Origin: an uncultured Lentimicrobiaceae bacterium
GTDB taxonomy: Bacteria > Bacteroidota > Bacteroidia > Bacteroidales > SKPS01
Direction: 5' to 3'
Assembly (NCBI GenBank): GCA_964652685.1
Contig: CAZZBS010000001.1
Span: 129,298 to 193,297, forward strand
DNA length: 64,000 nucleotides
Position numbers and translations under genes: made by a program
Shown here: piece by piece, positions 17,618 through 28,272 of the stretch
Layout: each line of letters opens with the position of its first letter
Position numbering within the stretch: position 1 is the stretch's first letter
The notes under the pieces: model-generated
What the model was told of the DNA's origin: nothing
What the model saw: only the letters and a program-made list of their open reading frames with translations
The model's database searches: none

Positions 17618-20092
17618 TTAACGCAGTTCAATATGAAGTAATTGTTTAAGGTTAGTAACAATCTTATCCATCACAGCTTCAATTTCTCTTTCTGAAAGAG
17701 TTTTACCGATATCCCGCATCATGACGCCAATGGCATAGGAAACTTTTCCCAGAGGGAGCTGATCCGATTCATAAACATCAAACAAAGATACGTCATGTAT
17801 CAGCCGGGGTTCTGATTCCATTACAACTTTTCTGATCTGGCTAAAACTGATCTTCCGGTCCAGGATCAGGGAAAGGTCCCTCCTTACATCCGGAAACTTA
17901 TGTAACGGCTCAAACCGGAAAGGGGTTCCCAGTTTGATGACCGTTAGCTTTTGCCAATCCAGTTCAGCATAAAACACAGGTCGCTTCACAGCAAAGTATT
18001 TCCCGATCTCTTTGTTCAGGGATCCATAACGGGCAATCCAAAGATTTTCATAGAAGCAATCCACACCTGAATCAAAAAACAAATTCCTGGTCTCATGAAG
18101 AGATATCTTGTCCGTCGGACAGCCACAGATCCGGAAAAGGTCATCCATGTAAACTTTCAGGTGATAATAAGTAATGTCCTCTTGTTTTTCGAACCAGGAT
18201 TCTGCTGTATGCATACCCGACATCAGCAGCGCCAGTCTTGGTTTTTCCTGGAATTGCTCTGTGACGGGATCACTGCTGTCTTTCCCTGTAACTTTATGAT
18301 ATTCCAATCCAAACTCGAATAATTTCAAGTCCTCCCATCTCCTGTTGATGTTATGTCTTGCAGTTTCCATCAGGCCAAAGAGTAAAGAAGTCCGCAACGA
18401 ATCGAGTTCTCTGCTTAACGGATTCAGAATGGCAACCTGTTCCGTGTCATCCTGATCTCTCCTGAACAGGTGATCATAATGGGAGGAGGTCAGGGAATTG
18501 TTCCATGCTTCAAAAAAACCGTTTGCTGTAAGGTATCCGGCAATGAGATCCCTATAGCCGGAATACCCTGAATGATCTCCTGGGGGGATAGAAATGTGGG
18601 TTTTAGCAGGGACAGAGATGTTATCCATCCCAAATATCCGTATCACCTCTTCCAGAACATCAATTTCCCTGGTTACATCATACCTGTATGTAGGCACCTG
18701 GAGCCATGCACCGTCAGGTTCTTCATGCATGATGGTAAAACCAAGCAATGTCAGGATATGGAACAGATCCTCCCTTTTCATCACAAATCCCATGAGCATA
18801 TCAAGCTTTTCATACCTGAGAAAAACCTTAACGTCCATGGGTTGTACAGCAAAATCACCCTCATCGGTGATCACTGAACTAATTCTGGCTCCAGCAATAT
18901 CACACAATAATTTTGCTGCCCGGTTGATGGCAAAAATGGTGATCCCGGGGTCAGCCCCCCTTTCGAAGCGGAATGAGGCATCGGTATTCAGGGCATGGTA
19001 ACGTGCTGTACGACGGACCGACACCGGATCGAACCACGCGCTTTCCAGAAAAACACGTGTGGTTGTATCCGTAACCCCGGAATGGACGCCGCCATATACG
19101 CCGGCTATACATAATGGCCTGACCGGATCACAGATCATAAGGTCATTCGCAGATAATTTCCGGTCGATCCCGTCAAGTGTCGTAAAAGGGGTATTGTCCG
19201 GCATATTTCTGACTACGATATGGGCATCGGTGATCTTGTCATAGTCAAAAGCATGCAGGGGGTGCCCCAATTCATGCAACACAAAATTGGTAATATCCAC
19301 CACATTGTTGTGAGGCTTGATATCAATGGCCTTGAGCCTGTTCTGCAGCCATTCAGGTGAAGGGCCCACCTTTACCTGATCCAGGGTTAACCCGGTATAT
19401 CGTTTACATCCTTCTTTGTTTTCGATGGTTACTTTTACTGGCAGAAGATTGTCGATCCTTTCCTTAGGTGCTGTTACCGGAGGGATGAGAGGTACCTTTT
19501 TCTTTTCCCTGAAAGACAGGCAGGCAGCCAGGTCACGGGCTACACCGTAGTGCGACATGGCATCTGTCCTGTTGGGTGTGAGGCCTATTTCAAATACAGT
19601 ATCGCTCATTACATGAAAATACTCGGCTGCTTCCATGCCTGGTTGGACTTTGGGATCCAACACCATGATTCCATCATGGGAGGGCCCTAACCCCAGTTCA
19701 TCTTCTGCACAAATCATCCCTTCTGACATCACACCCCTGATTTTCGCTTTACTGATGGTCATTCCCTCCTCTTTACCAAAAGGATACAATGATGCGCCAA
19801 CAAGTGCCACCGGGACAGCCTGCCCGATGGCTACATTCGGAGCTCCACAGATAATGGTCAGCAGATCGTTTCCCCCGACATCCACACGGCAAATTTTCAG
19901 TTTATCAGCATCAGAATGGGGATCACAGGTCAGCACTTTCCCCACCTTTACGCCACGCAAGCCACCTTTTACACTCTCATAAGATAACATCCCTTCCACC
20001 TCAAGCCCTGTTGAAGTAAGATAATCAGCCATCTTCTGCGGATCCAGGTCAATATTCAGATAATCCTTAAGCCACTGATATGAGATTTTCAT
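17618..20092 (-). CDS. pheT: phenylalanine--tRNA ligase beta subunit
   Basis: MKISYQWLKDYL N-terminus and an 824-aa multi-domain layout typical of bacterial PheT. Confidence 0.95.
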   Translation of the reverse strand: MKISYQWLKDYLNIDLDPQKMADYLTSTGLEVEGMLSYESVKGGLRGVKVGKVLTCDPHSDADKLKICRVDVGGNDLLTIICGAPNVAIGQAVPVALVGASLYPFGKEEGMTISKAKIRGVMSEGMICAEDELGLGPSHDGIMVLDPKVQPGMEAAEYFHVMSDTVFEIGLTPNRTDAMSHYGVARDLAACLSFREKKKVPLIPPVTAPKERIDNLLPVKVTIENKEGCKRYTGLTLDQVKVGPSPEWLQNRLKAIDIKPHNNVVDITNFVLHELGHPLHAFDYDKITDAHIVVRNMPDNTPFTTLDGIDRKLSANDLMICDPVRPLCIAGVYGGVHSGVTDTTTRVFLESAWFDPVSVRRTARYHALNTDASFRFERGADPGITIFAINRAAKLLCDIAGARISSVITDEGDFAVQPMDVKVFLRYEKLDMLMGFVMKREDLFHILTLLGFTIMHEEPDGAWLQVPTYRYDVTREIDVLEEVIRIFGMDNISVPAKTHISIPPGDHSGYSGYRDLIAGYLTANGFFEAWNNSLTSSHYDHLFRRDQDDTEQVAILNPLSRELDSLRTSLLFGLMETARHNINRRWEDLKLFEFGLEYHKVTGKDSSDPVTEQFQEKPRLALLMSGMHTAESWFEKQEDITYYHLKVYMDDLFRICGCPTDKISLHETRNLFFDSGVDCFYENLWIARYGSLNKEIGKYFAVKRPVFYAELDWQKLTVIKLGTPFRFEPLHKFPDVRRDLSLILDRKISFSQIRKVVMESEPRLIHDVSLFDVYESDQLPLGKVSYAIGVMMRDIGKTLSEREIEAVMDKIVTNLKQLLHIELR

Positions 20093-20127
20093 CGTACAAC
20101 AGGTTATTCAAGATTAAATCAGCATTG

Positions 20128-20135
20128 CAAAAATA
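20128..20135 (-). promoter_or_regulatory. -7 box TATTTTTG upstream of pheT
   Basis: Exact match on the minus strand, 35 nt upstream of ATG 20092. Confidence 0.45.
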
Positions 20136-20231
20136 GGTTAAGTTTTTGACTTTCTATGAAGGAATATCCATCCTGTGATCCTCTGAATCAACCACTTCTT
20201 AATAAAACGAAAATAAAAAGGACAAAATCAG

Positions 20232-20239
20232 TACTTTTG
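20232..20239 (+). promoter_or_regulatory. -7 box TACTTTTG upstream of speDE
   Basis: Exact match, 26 nt upstream of ATG 20266 and divergent from the pheT box. Confidence 0.45.
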
Positions 20240-20265
20240 CAGAACATCCATCAAAATGAGGAAAT

Positions 20266-21546
20266 ATGGCAGACCTTGGCAGACACATTCTGGTTGAATT
20301 CAATCACTGTGATCCTGAGTCACTCAATGATGTGATTTTAATTGAAAAAGGGATGGTTAATGCTGCGCGCGAAGCAGGTGCAACTGTTATCAACAGTACT
20401 TTTCATCATTTTTCTCCGTTTGGTGTATCGGGTGTCGTGGTTATTCAGGAGAGTCACCTTGCTATCCATACCTGGCCTGAATACCAGTATGCAGCGGTAG
20501 ATCTTTTTACATGTGGTGATGAAGTCAATCCCTGGATATCTTTCGACTATCTGAAGGAGGTGTTGAAATCAAGTGCCTACGGGGCTTTGGAGTTGAGACG
20601 TGGAAATATTAATCTTTTAAAGAAGATTGATTTTGATTTAGGATCGATTCGCGAAGAAGCAAAAAGACACATCAATCCGGGCATGTACAACCGGAATGTA
20701 TGGTTTACCGATAAAGACGACAATCAGGCACTCAGTCTCAGGCATACCGGTGAAATCCTGTTTGACAGGAAATCCCCATATCAGCATGTGCGCATACTCC
20801 AGACCTATGCATACGGTAAAATGCTTGCTATTGACAATATGGTGATGTGTACCGAAAAAGATGAATGCCATTATCATGAGATGATCACCCATCCCGCCAT
20901 GTTTACCCATGGAAATGTGAAAAAAGCACTGGTCATTGGCGGGGGCGATGGTGGAACGGTCAGGGAAATTCTCCGGCATACCGGTATTGAAAAGGTCACC
21001 ATGGTGGAAATTGATGAAACCGTTGTGGAAGCATCCAGACAATTTCTGCCCTCCATCTCTTACGCGCTGGATGATCCAAAGCTTGATCTGCGGATTGAGG
21101 ATGGGATTGAATTTGTAAAAAATGCGGCCAATGAGTCATATGATTTGATTATCGTTGACGGTAGTGATCCTGTTGGCCCTGCCGAAGGGTTGTTTTCAAG
21201 GACTTTTTACGAAAACTGTTACCGTATTCTTCGTCGTGACGGAATCATGTCAGGCCAGACCGAATCACCCGTATTCAATGAAAAGGTTTTTACGGAAATC
21301 AATGTATTGCTGAAGGAGATATTCGGTAATGACCGTGTACATACCCTCACTTTCTCACAGCCTACTTATCCTACAGGAACCTGGAGTATTATGATCAGCC
21401 GTAGGTATGCTCCAATGCCGTTAATAGCTGACCGAAAGCAGATAGAAGCCTTCACAGCGGAGAACAAAACAGGTTTTTACAACGCGGATGTCCATTTCGC
21501 GGCTTTTGCGTTACCCAATTATATCAAGACTTTGCTGAATGAATGA
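20266..21546 (+). CDS. speDE: fused S-adenosylmethionine decarboxylase proenzyme / spermidine synthase
   Basis: The N-terminal ~125 aa form a small class-1 AdoMetDC, with the self-cleavage motif VVIQE|[10 protein letters not shown] (Ser63 codon at 20452-20454). The C-terminal ~290 aa form an aminopropyltransferase ([34 protein letters not shown]). Confidence 0.85.
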   Translation: MADLGRHILVEFNHCDPESLNDVILIEKGMVNAAREAGATVINSTFHHFSPFGVSGVVVIQESHLAIHTWPEYQYAAVDLFTCGDEVNPWISFDYLKEVLKSSAYGALELRRGNINLLKKIDFDLGSIREEAKRHINPGMYNRNVWFTDKDDNQALSLRHTGEILFDRKSPYQHVRILQTYAYGKMLAIDNMVMCTEKDECHYHEMITHPAMFTHGNVKKALVIGGGDGGTVREILRHTGIEKVTMVEIDETVVEASRQFLPSISYALDDPKLDLRIEDGIEFVKNAANESYDLIIVDGSDPVGPAEGLFSRTFYENCYRILRRDGIMSGQTESPVFNEKVFTEINVLLKEIFGNDRVHTLTFSQPTYPTGTWSIMISRRYAPMPLIADRKQIEAFTAENKTGFYNADVHFAAFALPNYIKTLLNE

Positions 21547-22582
21547 TGATCGATACGATGCCAGCAGAGTAGGGATTGCCAACGGTAATTATTTCGGCTT
21601 TCCCTGGAATACGGACGATTCGGAGATTGTGATCGTCAATGTGCCATGGGATGCAACCACCTCATACCGAAGGGGCACTTCCGGTGGCCCTGAAGCCATG
21701 ATATCAGCATCTGTTCAACTCGACTTTTACAGTTTCGATAATCCGGGGTCAGGACTTGTACGTTGTGGCACGGATCATTTTCTACACGATTCCATTGCAA
21801 AACTGAATGTTGAAGCCGGAAAAGCCTCCGCACAGATTATACAGGCACTGGAGTCCGGTAAGGGGATGGATGATCCACAATCGTGTGCACAGATCCGGAA
21901 AGTGAACCTTATTTCCTCCGATGTGGAACGGATGGTTAACGACAGGTGCCGGTATTGGATGGATAAAGGCAAAACCGTGCTGGTTGCCGGTGGTGAGCAC
22001 AGTGTTCCTTTGGGCTTCCTGAAAGCGCTCGCTGAAAGGGAGAGTTCATTCGGGATATTACAGCTGGATGCACATGCCGATCTACGTAAGGGGTTTGAAG
22101 GATTTGTCCAGTCGCACGCAAGCATCATGTATAATGCACTATCGGTGCAACAGATCTCAAAACTTGTGCAGGTAGGCATACGGGATGTTTCGGAACCGGA
22201 GATGATGCTGGGGATGAAGGATCCACGGATCACACAGTTTTCAGGCCCGGCCATCCTGGAGCGGCGTTTTGCCGGGGAAAGCTGGTTTACGGTATGCCGT
22301 GACATAGTGGCTTCTTTGCCAGAGAAGGTATATCTGTCGTTTGACATTGACGGGCTCGAACCTGTCTTTTGCCCTAACACCGGAACCCCGGTTCCAGGAG
22401 GGTTAACTCCTGACGAAGCCATTTACCTGTTAAGGATGGTTGCTGAGAGTGGCCGTGTGATCATCGGGGCCGATCTGTGTGAAGTAGCACCAGGGAAAGA
22501 GGATGAGTGGGATGCCAATGTGGGGGCAAGGCTCCTTTACAGGATAGCCGTTCTTATTCACCATTCCCATCAACCGACATAG
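21539..22582 (+). CDS. speB: agmatinase-type ureohydrolase
   Basis: Overlaps speDE by 8 nt. The Mn-ligand motifs are intact: [21 protein letters not shown] and CEVAP. Confidence 0.8.
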   Translation: MNDDRYDASRVGIANGNYFGFPWNTDDSEIVIVNVPWDATTSYRRGTSGGPEAMISASVQLDFYSFDNPGSGLVRCGTDHFLHDSIAKLNVEAGKASAQIIQALESGKGMDDPQSCAQIRKVNLISSDVERMVNDRCRYWMDKGKTVLVAGGEHSVPLGFLKALAERESSFGILQLDAHADLRKGFEGFVQSHASIMYNALSVQQISKLVQVGIRDVSEPEMMLGMKDPRITQFSGPAILERRFAGESWFTVCRDIVASLPEKVYLSFDIDGLEPVFCPNTGTPVPGGLTPDEAIYLLRMVAESGRVIIGADLCEVAPGKEDEWDANVGARLLYRIAVLIHHSHQPT

Positions 22583-24672
22583 GCATAGGTAGCAGCTTCC
22601 TTGAATTTAGATTTCAACGTTTTCCTTAACAATTGGTTGGCCGGATGAACCAGACGCGTATCTTTTTCAATGATCTGGATGGCCAGCTCCCTTGCCTCTT
22701 TCAGGATTTTTTCATCTTTCGACAGATCCGATATTTTCAGATCCGGCATACCGCTCTGCCGGGTGCCCTGCATGTCACCGGGCCCGCGAAGGGAGAGGTC
22801 CACATCAGCAATCTCAAAACCATCGTTGCATTGAACCATAGTCTGGATACGTTTTTTAGCTTCGGCCGATAGTTCATAATCGGTCATCAGAATACACCAG
22901 GATTGATCGGCACCTCTACCTACCCTTCCCCGGAGCTGATGCAACTGAGAGAGGCCAAAACGCTGAGCGCTCTCAATCACCATTAGTGTAGCATTGGGCA
23001 CATCCACCCCTACTTCTATTACCGTAGTGGACACCATAATTTGTGTTTCCCCTTTGACAAAACGGGCCATCTCAAAATCCTTGTCTTCGGGATTCATTCT
23101 GCCATGCACCATGCTTACCGCATAATCAGGCAACGGAAATGCACGTGTGATGCTTTCAAAACCGTCCATAAGGTCTTTCATGTCCAGTTTTTCCGATTCA
23201 TCAATCAGTGGATACACAAAATAAACCTGTCGCCCCAAGGCAACCTGCTTCCTGACGAAATCAAACACCATGTTCCGTTTAGCGTCATAGTAATGAACGG
23301 TCTTGACCGGTTTACGGCCTGGAGGCATCTCATCTATCACAGAGATATCCAGGTCGCCATACAGCGTCATGGCAAGGGTTCTTGGTATGGGTGTGGCGGT
23401 CATGACCAGGATATGGGGCGGGGTTTCGCTTTTACTCCACAACCTGGCCCTTTGTTCAACCCCAAAACGGTGCTGTTCATCGATGATGGCCAATCCCAGG
23501 TTGGCGAAAACTACCCGTTCCTCGATCAGTGCATGGGTGCCAATCAGGATGTTCAGCTCTCCAGATGTTAAAGAGGCAAGTATTTCTTTCCGTTTTGCCG
23601 GTCTTGATGATCCGGTCAGTAATTCAATGTTAATCCCGATCCCTTTCAGGAAAGCAGTAATGGTGACAAAGTGCTGGTTAGCCAGAATTTCGGTCGGGGC
23701 CATGATGGCTACCTGGTAACCGTTATCTGCGGCAATCAGGGCAACCATAAGTGCCACCAGTGTTTTTCCGCTTCCTACATCGCCCTGCAGAAGCCTGTTC
23801 ATCTGACGTCCTGAACCCATATCCTTCCTCAATTCCCGGATTACCCTTTTTTGTGCATCTGTAAGTTCGAAAGGGAGGTTTCGCTCATAAAACCGATGGA
23901 AAAAATCACCCACCCTGTTGAATGTAAATCCTGTCACTTTTTCATACCTGTCATGTTTGATAGAAAGAAGATGCAACTGTATGAAGAGCAATTCTTCAAA
24001 CTTAAGTCTGTATCTTGCCTGCTGGAGGATTTCGGCTGAGGCGGGGAAATGGATGCCATGTATGGCCTGATCCATCGACAGGAGCTTTTTCCTTTCGACG
24101 AGCCAATCAGGCAGGGTTTCGGGAAGGGTTATTCTCTGGGTCAGCAAAGCTTTTATAATTCTTGCAAGCCCCCGGCTATCCAGCCCTTTACTTTTCATTT
24201 TCTCAGTTGTGTTGTAAAGGGGTTGAAAGGTATCTTTGGGAGAAGCCTGGAATTCGCAGAGGTTTTCAATTTCTGGATGTGGGATGTTGAACCTATTACT
24301 GAAAAGTGTTGTACGACCAAACACAACGTAGGCATTTCCAGGGAATACCTTATCTGCAGCCCATTTTAATCCCTGAAACCAAACCAGTTCAATGGAGCCC
24401 GTCTTATCCTGGAAAAGAGCGCTCATTCTGCTTTTCCTCTTATTTCCATGGGTTTGTACTGCTATCACCTTCCCGATAATCTGCACCCATTGTCCCTCTT
24501 CACGGATATCGGCTATTGTGTGAAAGCGGCTTCTGTCAACATACCTGTAAGGGAAATGGAACAAGAGATCTCCAAACGTATTAATGCCCAGCTCCTTTTT
24601 CAGGGTTTCCCCTTTGACCGGGCCCACACCTTTTGCATATACCACAGGTTGGGATAAATAATCGTTCTGCAT
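22570..24672 (-). CDS. recG: ATP-dependent DNA helicase RecG
   Basis: GDVGSGKT Walker A and DEQHRFG motifs plus helicase C-terminal motifs; 700 aa. Confidence 0.95.
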   Translation of the reverse strand: MQNDYLSQPVVYAKGVGPVKGETLKKELGINTFGDLLFHFPYRYVDRSRFHTIADIREEGQWVQIIGKVIAVQTHGNKRKSRMSALFQDKTGSIELVWFQGLKWAADKVFPGNAYVVFGRTTLFSNRFNIPHPEIENLCEFQASPKDTFQPLYNTTEKMKSKGLDSRGLARIIKALLTQRITLPETLPDWLVERKKLLSMDQAIHGIHFPASAEILQQARYRLKFEELLFIQLHLLSIKHDRYEKVTGFTFNRVGDFFHRFYERNLPFELTDAQKRVIRELRKDMGSGRQMNRLLQGDVGSGKTLVALMVALIAADNGYQVAIMAPTEILANQHFVTITAFLKGIGINIELLTGSSRPAKRKEILASLTSGELNILIGTHALIEERVVFANLGLAIIDEQHRFGVEQRARLWSKSETPPHILVMTATPIPRTLAMTLYGDLDISVIDEMPPGRKPVKTVHYYDAKRNMVFDFVRKQVALGRQVYFVYPLIDESEKLDMKDLMDGFESITRAFPLPDYAVSMVHGRMNPEDKDFEMARFVKGETQIMVSTTVIEVGVDVPNATLMVIESAQRFGLSQLHQLRGRVGRGADQSWCILMTDYELSAEAKKRIQTMVQCNDGFEIADVDLSLRGPGDMQGTRQSGMPDLKISDLSKDEKILKEARELAIQIIEKDTRLVHPANQLLRKTLKSKFKEAATYAYVG

Positions 24673-24704
24673 TCGAATCTTCCTTTTTCAGAGAAGATAA
24701 AGAT

Positions 24705-24740
24705 ATAAAAAAAGCTATCCCGAAATCAGGATAGCTTTTT
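24705..24740 (-). terminator. rho-independent terminator after gldN
   Basis: The minus-strand transcript reads AAAAAGCTATCC-TGATTTCG-GGATAGCTTTTTTT. This is a perfect 7-bp GC-containing stem extended by A-U pairs, followed by a T7 run. It separates gldN from recG. Confidence 0.7.
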
Positions 24741-24761
24741 GGTTTGTTGACAATAATATTT

Positions 24762-25655
24762 CTAGTATTCCCAGAGATCCATCTCGAACTCCTGGTACTG
24801 CCTTTTAATCTGATCCGATTCGAGTAGTGCATCAAGTCCCATTTTATATTCTGAGATATACCGGTTATGCACATTGTCCGTCTTGATGATCCGGCCTGCG
24901 AACATTCTTTTGAAGAACAGGTCATCGAACGTCATTCGTTCCGTATCGTTCCAACGATTAAAGACTTCTGTCTTAACAAGGGTATTCCTTGCATGGGGGA
25001 AATAAACCCAGAAGAGAAGCTCCATTCCCTGCAGGATCCTTTCGCCGGTGATTGGATCTGTGGTATATTTCTCCCTCATGGGGGCCAGACCAATGATCCG
25101 TTTTTCAAGCACCGAGCGTTTATTATCAAAGAACCAGTCTTCAACGATCCAATAAAACAACACATCAGCCGGGTCAAATTCTTTCTGGATGACGATGGTG
25201 GTATCATAGTCGGGATCAAGAGGATTCGGTATGGTGATGGTGTCGTTGACGGTTAGTTTATTCTTCAATTCTTCAACTGTATAAGGATACTTAAAATCCT
25301 CATCACTGTAAACGGTGAGATGTCCTTCGACGACAGCAGCCTGCCAGAGGGCTGACATAAGGCTCATGCGGTGGCGGACCGGTTGGGCAGGATAATAAAG
25401 GGGGTGATTGACTTTCTCCCTCAGGTCGAGTTCCTGCCAGACCCGTTTTGCCCACATAACATCGGCTTCCCGCAGGTAAGGGTATTGGACAGGAATGCGG
25501 TTCATCGCATTGCTGATCCACTCTTCCCCAGCGTTTCCATCCTGTACCTTAGCCCAGGCCCTTCGGTGTATGGGACCTTGGGTTTCAAGCACCTGGGCTC
25601 GCAATGTACCTGTAAGCACAAGAGCCATGAATACTGCTGCAATGATAGGTTTCAT
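24762..25655 (-). CDS. gldN: T9SS / gliding motility protein GldN (PorN)
   Basis: Signal peptide, ~300 aa, and last gene of a gldK-L-M-N-ordered cluster. The assignment rests mainly on operon position and size. Confidence 0.8.
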   Translation of the reverse strand: MKPIIAAVFMALVLTGTLRAQVLETQGPIHRRAWAKVQDGNAGEEWISNAMNRIPVQYPYLREADVMWAKRVWQELDLREKVNHPLYYPAQPVRHRMSLMSALWQAAVVEGHLTVYSDEDFKYPYTVEELKNKLTVNDTITIPNPLDPDYDTTIVIQKEFDPADVLFYWIVEDWFFDNKRSVLEKRIIGLAPMREKYTTDPITGERILQGMELLFWVYFPHARNTLVKTEVFNRWNDTERMTFDDLFFKRMFAGRIIKTDNVHNRYISEYKMGLDALLESDQIKRQYQEFEMDLWEY

Positions 25656-25675
25656 AACACTATGATTTTGTATGC

Positions 25676-27289
25676 TTAGTTCAGTTTAAGAATGACGCTG
25701 GAGAGGGGTACAATTTTCCCATCCGGACCTTTGGCTTTGATCTCTTCGATGAAGATACGTTCGCCTCTGGAGGCAGCCTGTACTTTTGCCAGCGCTGCAC
25801 CATCAAGGTTGCTTCCCCTTTGCGGCAGGGAGGTCAATATTCCGCTTTTCTCCCGTATCACAAAGTTGAAGGAAACGACATTGAACCGAACGCCTTCAAA
25901 AAGAAATTCCTCAAGCACGGCTGAAACGAGCGGCGCAGCAGCAATCTGTGCTTTTGAAATTTCTCCGGTTTTTTTACCTGCAAAATAGGGTGTGGGGCTG
26001 GGTACATTACGGATTCGGTATGGGAATGAACCCATGGTTTGTGTTGCAGTCCCGATCTTGGCAGTTACTGTTACAATTGCATCCTTTGATTGACCTGGTT
26101 TGACAATATAATTACCACCACCTTGTGAAATAAGCTGGTGCCCTCCACTGAGGCTTACGTTCACATTACCGTGTGACACCCCGGGGACAGAAACCGAGAG
26201 TGGATTTTCCAGTCCGCGATAAAATACATTCATCTTGGTGGCAGACACTGTTGCCGTAGGCTTGAATACGCTATAGGATGTATTGAAATTATAAGGGACA
26301 TCTTTTCCAGATGTAGGGTCAAACACAAAAATCTGGCCCTCCACCTGATGGTCTCCTTCACCACCGGAAGGGGTGCGATAGATCACCTTGCCGGAATCAC
26401 CCTGGATGGTTTGCCCGTTGATGACAGCCTTGATGGGTGTTTTTGTATCATATGCAGCTACAAACAAGGTTGCTTCATAGTTGCTCCCAGCGGGTATCAT
26501 CATGGAATTCGGGACAATCTTGGCATCGATCTGATCGAATTTAAAGTCCTTCCTGGTAATATTGTTCATGAGCTTTCCAACAATTTCCGCCTCGGCATTC
26601 CTTACCTCTGCAATCATCTTGTTAAAGATCACCACATCGGCTGCAAGGACAGTATGGTAAAAAGTATTAAACTCCCATGACATCTCCCGCTTGTATTCTT
26701 TATTCCTGGCCCTGTCATAATGGAAACCCAGATCAGTTTTTCTTATCAGGGCAGTATCCTCCAGGAGTTTTACCATATTCTCTTTATACTGCTGCATCTT
26801 CATCCGAAGTTCATAAGCCTTACCGGTTTTCTCATTGGCCTGATCCGGGATCAGGATATTGATTGGCTTATCATATCTATCGATTTTTTTTACTTCGTGA
26901 AGGCTTATATCATAAGCTTTCAGCCATTTTGGGTCTTTCCTGTGCCTGTTGTCTGCATGAGGGGCTACCCCGAATTCAGTATAGGCGAGTACATCGGTCA
27001 TGAGGTTTTTGATGTAATCAACCATAGAATCTGAAAGAGCCTTGGCTACCATGGCTTTTTCGTAATACGGTCTGACTTTGTCTGCCTGCTGTTCTAACTG
27101 GGCTGCAAAATCAGAATAGAGCATCTGGTTTTTCCCTTCGAAGGTTCGGTTGGTCTGCACCAATCCATCATTCACATTGACAAATGCCTGCAGAATATCC
27201 TTGGAGACGTTGAGTGCCAAGAGTGCTGTCAGCACCAGGTACATCATCCCGATCATTTTCTGCCGCGGCGTTTCTTTATATCCGGCCAT
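25676..27289 (-). CDS. gldM: T9SS / gliding motility protein GldM (PorM)
   Basis: The N-terminus MAGYKETPRQKMIGMMYLVLTALLALNV is the hallmark GldM/PorM TM anchor. It is 537 aa with a long periplasmic region. Confidence 0.9.
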   Translation of the reverse strand: MAGYKETPRQKMIGMMYLVLTALLALNVSKDILQAFVNVNDGLVQTNRTFEGKNQMLYSDFAAQLEQQADKVRPYYEKAMVAKALSDSMVDYIKNLMTDVLAYTEFGVAPHADNRHRKDPKWLKAYDISLHEVKKIDRYDKPINILIPDQANEKTGKAYELRMKMQQYKENMVKLLEDTALIRKTDLGFHYDRARNKEYKREMSWEFNTFYHTVLAADVVIFNKMIAEVRNAEAEIVGKLMNNITRKDFKFDQIDAKIVPNSMMIPAGSNYEATLFVAAYDTKTPIKAVINGQTIQGDSGKVIYRTPSGGEGDHQVEGQIFVFDPTSGKDVPYNFNTSYSVFKPTATVSATKMNVFYRGLENPLSVSVPGVSHGNVNVSLSGGHQLISQGGGNYIVKPGQSKDAIVTVTAKIGTATQTMGSFPYRIRNVPSPTPYFAGKKTGEISKAQIAAAPLVSAVLEEFLFEGVRFNVVSFNFVIREKSGILTSLPQRGSNLDGAALAKVQAASRGERIFIEEIKAKGPDGKIVPLSSVILKLN

Positions 27290-27330
27290 TGATTAGATCT
27301 CTTTTGGTTACACAATTACAGTTCATTATC

Positions 27331-28209
27331 TTACCCACGTATGTTCATTGCAGCCAGCATATTTCCATAAACCTGGTTAAGGGCTTTCACATTTTCAGTG
27401 AGTTTGGATGCTTCCACCTGGTATAGTTGGGTATTGTCGATCGAGGTATTCAGATACTGCACAAACTTATTAATACCATCCTGCATGGAAACAGATGCAT
27501 CAACCTGGGCTTGTGAGCTTTGCAACTGGAGCTCATAGATATTGTTAAGAGTTGCCAGGTTTTTGGCAATACGTTGCAATTGTGTATTGTATTCGATGCC
27601 GTCAATATCACTGAAGTTGATAGCTTCAGCGGATTTGGCAATAGATTCGGTTGAATTTTTCAGCACATTGGAAGTTTTCTGATAGGCATCGCTCAGTTCC
27701 AGTACTGAAGCGCTTGCATTTTCAAGGTTGGAAACATACCCCTGGGTAGCCGCAGCAGCGTCAGTGATATTGGCCAGCTTATTGGCGTTTTCGCTAAGGT
27801 GCCTCATACCTTCACCCAGACTATGGATAAGTTCAGGTTCTATTTTTGCTTCTGCCAGCATATTGTCAAGTGCCTCGGTCAATGATTTGGGCTCTTCATG
27901 CTTCTTGGCCTTGGAAACTGCTTTGGTTTCAGCATCATGATACATGCCGGCAAGTTCCGGATAGACGAGACTCCAGTCGGGTTCTACGAAAGGAGGTTCA
28001 AAAGCGGAAAAGAAGAAGATGATAGACTCGGTACACAAGCCAAGGATCAGCATGATCTCTGCGCCAGGGTAGTGGTTGATCTTGAACAGAGCACCAAGGA
28101 TCACAACTGAAGCACCCCATCCATAAAGCCTTGCCATAAAGTTTTTAAACTTCCTTGTTCGAACTAAACTATAAATACCCATAAGTTTAAATGATTTAAG
28201 ATTAAACAA
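27331..28209 (-). CDS. gldL: T9SS / gliding motility protein GldL (PorL)
   Basis: Two N-terminal TM helices (YGWGASVVILGALFKINHYPGA and LILGLCTESIIFFFSAFEP) precede a helical cytoplasmic domain. The start could instead be ATG 28182. Confidence 0.85.
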   Translation of the reverse strand: MFNLKSFKLMGIYSLVRTRKFKNFMARLYGWGASVVILGALFKINHYPGAEIMLILGLCTESIIFFFSAFEPPFVEPDWSLVYPELAGMYHDAETKAVSKAKKHEEPKSLTEALDNMLAEAKIEPELIHSLGEGMRHLSENANKLANITDAAAATQGYVSNLENASASVLELSDAYQKTSNVLKNSTESIAKSAEAINFSDIDGIEYNTQLQRIAKNLATLNNIYELQLQSSQAQVDASVSMQDGINKFVQYLNTSIDNTQLYQVEASKLTENVKALNQVYGNMLAAMNIRG

Positions 28210-28272
28210 ATTATTTGGTAACTGTTGATTTTCTGAAATGATAAATTTGTGATATGGTCCTTCTGTAATTGA

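Noticed and set aside
21775-22422. 215-aa ORF antisense to the agmatinase gene. Similar long antisense ORFs occur at 55255-55824 (in mutB), 28501-29010 (in gldK), 23041-23571 (in recG) and 10392-10847 (in the adaptor gene).
   Set aside because: Each lies entirely inside a confidently identified gene on the opposite strand. Their composition is low-complexity (Ser/Pro/Arg-rich) and no motif is recognisable. They are typical shadow ORFs.
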